From Candidatus Desulfarcum epimagneticum (GTDB lineage Bacteria; Desulfobacterota; Desulfobacteria; Desulfobacterales; CR-1), in contig CAACVI010000045.1 of the NCBI GenBank assembly GCA_900659855.1, positions 60,985 through 124,984 of the forward strand: DNA of 64,000 bases, written 5' to 3'. A model generated the notes under the pieces. The model ran no database searches, was not told the DNA's origin, and saw only the letters and a list, made by a program, of their open reading frames with translations. This document shows positions 61,906-64,000 of the stretch, one piece after another; the stretch's first letter is position 1; every line of letters begins with the position of its first letter. The translations under genes and the position numbers were made by a program.

Positions 61906-64000
61906 ATGATTCATCCCGGCGCCCTTGAAAACGCGGATTTCAACTGGACCCTGAACGTCAAAAGCGTGTGGGAGCCCTCTCCCCATGATGTCCCGGAACT
62001 GCGCCGGGAATTTAAAAAAAACATCTCCCGGGACCTGGACCAGATGGCGGAAAGCCCCTCTTCCCTGTCGCCCCTGGGGCATGTGCTGTCCGGGCCGGCC
62101 GGCTCGGGGAAAACCCACCTGCTGGGGGCGCTGAGACGGGAAAATGAAAAAAAAATCGGCGCCTTCATCCTGGCGGACATGACCCACGCCCCGGACTTTT
62201 CCGAAACCATCCTTTCGGGATATGTGGACTCCCTGCAACGGCCCCCGGGAAACGACCCCAACGGGGCGCCCCAGTTCCAGGAATGGCTCACCCATATGCT
62301 TTTCGGCCTCAAACTGGCCAAACCCGGCCAACGGCCCGCTAAAAAACTCTCCAAATCCGGCTATAAAAAACTCATCCGCCAAAAAGAGAAAATCACCCGC
62401 CGTCTTTTAAGCCTCTACCCCGCTGAAATGCGCGCCCATAAAGACGCCCTGACGGCCCTTCTGCTTCTCAACTCCGCCTCTCCCGGGATTTCCCAGGTCG
62501 GGTACCAGTGGCTGCGGGGCCTTGAGATCCAAAAAAACGAAAAAGACGCCTTCGGCTTCGCCCGGACAAGGGAAAACCCAAACCGGATCATCGCCTCCCT
62601 CTCCCGGCTCATGAGCCTCAAGGGGCCCGCCATACTGGCCCTGGACCAGCTCGACTCCACTGTGATCCGACGCCATCTGGCCTCGGGAGACGGCTCCGGC
62701 GGGCGTCTGTCCGACCGGCAGGGTTTGTCCATGTCGCGCCTGGAGGAGATCGGCGGCGGGCTCATGGCGCTTCGGGACATGACCTCAAGGACCCTCATCG
62801 TGGTCTCATGTCTGGAGACCACCTGGCAGGCGCTCATGGAAAAAACCGTGGCCTCCGCCGCCCACCGCTTTCATCCGCCCCATCGCCTGGGGCCGGTCAT
62901 CAAAAGCAAAACCGCCGAAAGCATAGCGGCGGTAAGACTCGCCCCGGCGTACAAAAAGGCGAAATTTATCCCCCCCTACCCCTCCTGGCCCTTCCGGCCG
63001 TCGGCCTTTGAAACCGCCCGGGAGCTTTTCCCCCGGGAAATACTCCAGAGATGCGACCGCCATCGGGAGATGTGCCTCAAACAAAAAAAGATTCAGGAGC
63101 TGACCTCCTTCGGCGGGCCGGGGTCGGACGCCCAGCCGGAAAGCCCCCCCGGCGGCACGAACCAGTCGGGCAAGCGGGATGAATGGAACCACACATTCAA
63201 AAACCTGAAAAAAAACGCCGACATCTCCAGAATTTTCGAGGGGGAAGACGGGGAAACACGCGCGGCCGCGCTCATTCAAAGCGCGTTTAAAAGCTTTGTT
63301 TGCGAAAACGATTTTCCGAAAAACGCCGAAACGGCCCTGGAAACCGAATTCCGGGGGGACGGGAAATACCCGCCCCTTCACGCCCGGATCCAGGTCATTT
63401 TCCCCTCTTCAAAAAACAGCGGGGGAAAAAACCGGGAAAGGCATTTTTGCGCCCGGGCCATCTTCAAAACCCATGTCATCGCCTTCCAGGCGCGTCTGAA
63501 AGCCGCCATGACCGCCTCCGGGATCGGCCCGAACGCGCCGGACAGACGCATGGTCATAGCGTCCCTGGGGCCGGCGGCGCCCCCGGGGGGCGAAAAAACC
63601 CTGGCCATGGTGGACTGGTTCAAAGAAAACGGGGGAATCTTCGCAAGGCTTTCAGATGACGATCTTAAAACCATGCTGGCCCTCCAGGCCATGGAAAACG
63701 AGCGAAGCCCCGGGTTTCTTAACTGGCTCAAGGAACAAAAACCCGCCACAGGGCTGGAATTCATGGAGAGCGCGACGCCTTTTCTCCTTGAAAAAAAGCC
63801 GGAAAAGCCCCCTGCCCCTCTTCCGGATTCCCCCGCGCCCGACTCCGCCCCCCAGGGGGATTTTGTCCTGGGTCTGGGCGCCGACCCGGACCCCGAAGCG
63901 GATCCGGCGGACGCGGAAAAACAAAAAACCGCCGACGTCATCGCCGTCCCCCCGGGAATTTTCGCCGGGGCCTCCATGATCCTTTCCGGCGAGGGGTCCG
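61906..64000 (+). CDS. Large P-loop NTPase of unknown family (at least 698 aa, open at the window end)
   Basis: Not in the ORF track because there is no in-window stop. Manual frame-1 translation: MIHPGALENADFNWTL...HVLSGPAGSGKTHLLGALRRE (Walker A)...GPAILALDQLDS (Walker B-like)...TLIVVSCLETTW. Frame 1 stays open to 64000 in my manual translation, and the track lists no frame-1 plus-strand ORF in this interval. Confidence 0.7.
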   Translation, partial: MIHPGALENADFNWTLNVKSVWEPSPHDVPELRREFKKNISRDLDQMAESPSSLSPLGHVLSGPAGSGKTHLLGALRRENEKKIGAFILADMTHAPDFSETILSGYVDSLQRPPGNDPNGAPQFQEWLTHMLFGLKLAKPGQRPAKKLSKSGYKKLIRQKEKITRRLLSLYPAEMRAHKDALTALLLLNSASPGISQVGYQWLRGLEIQKNEKDAFGFARTRENPNRIIASLSRLMSLKGPAILALDQLDSTVIRRHLASGDGSGGRLSDRQGLSMSRLEEIGGGLMALRDMTSRTLIVVSCLETTWQALMEKTVASAAHRFHPPHRLGPVIKSKTAESIAAVRLAPAYKKAKFIPPYPSWPFRPSAFETARELFPREILQRCDRHREMCLKQKKIQELTSFGGPGSDAQPESPPGGTNQSGKRDEWNHTFKNLKKNADISRIFEGEDGETRAAALIQSAFKSFVCENDFPKNAETALETEFRGDGKYPPLHARIQVIFPSSKNSGGKNRERHFCARAIFKTHVIAFQARLKAAMTASGIGPNAPDRRMVIASLGPAAPPGGEKTLAMVDWFKENGGIFARLSDDDLKTMLALQAMENERSPGFLNWLKEQKPATGLEFMESATPFLLEKKPEKPPAPLPDSPAPDSAPQGDFVLGLGADPDPEADPADAEKQKTADVIAVPPGIFAGASMILSGEGS

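Overview
This is a 64 kb chromosomal window from a moderately GC-rich bacterium. Gene content (DUF3124, 2-hydroxyacyl-CoA dehydratase/activase, ADP-forming acyl-CoA synthetase) suggests an anaerobe of the Desulfobacterota/deltaproteobacterial type, but that taxonomic call is only an inference. Positions 1-23.4 kb are one minus-strand block of core translation and transcription genes: four tRNAs (Thr-Tyr-Gly-Thr), tuf, rpmG, tRNA-Trp, secE, nusG, rplKAJL, rpoBC, rpsLG, a second tuf, the S10 operon, and the start of the spc operon (rplN, rplX, rplE). Three things are unusual in this block. (1) fusA is absent between rpsG and tuf, and a divergent EF-G paralog sits 35 kb away. (2) The two tuf copies appear nucleotide-identical over about 1.2 kb. 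(3) rpoC carries an insertion of about 100 aa whose sequence looks like a parvulin (PpiC-type) rotamase domain. The rest of the window holds housekeeping and envelope genes (mltD-like, ispH, parAB, M48/TPR protease, cvpA, GT9/GT4 glycosyltransferases, exported MsrA/MsrB, a BMP-type ABC transporter). It also holds an eight-gene acyl-CoA cluster with a single-subunit 2-hydroxyacyl-CoA dehydratase homolog plus its ATP-dependent activase, an MNT/HepT toxin-antitoxin pair, and an AT-rich accessory islet (about 52.5-56.2 kb) with VapBC-like and UPF0175/DUF3368 modules, conserved GTTGGGT/ACCCAAC hairpin repeats and a nifS remnant. At least two families of short inverted-repeat (MITE-like) elements are scattered through intergenic regions. 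The window ends with a two-gene locus: a double wHTH-like protein followed by a large P-loop NTPase that runs off the window. This locus is the best candidate for an uncharacterised, possibly conflict-type, system. All calls come from reading the sequence and the ORF track. No searches were run. Coordinates I derived by hand (tRNAs, rpmG, repeats, start-codon revisions) may be off by 1-3 nt. The ORF track renders GTG/TTG starts as M.
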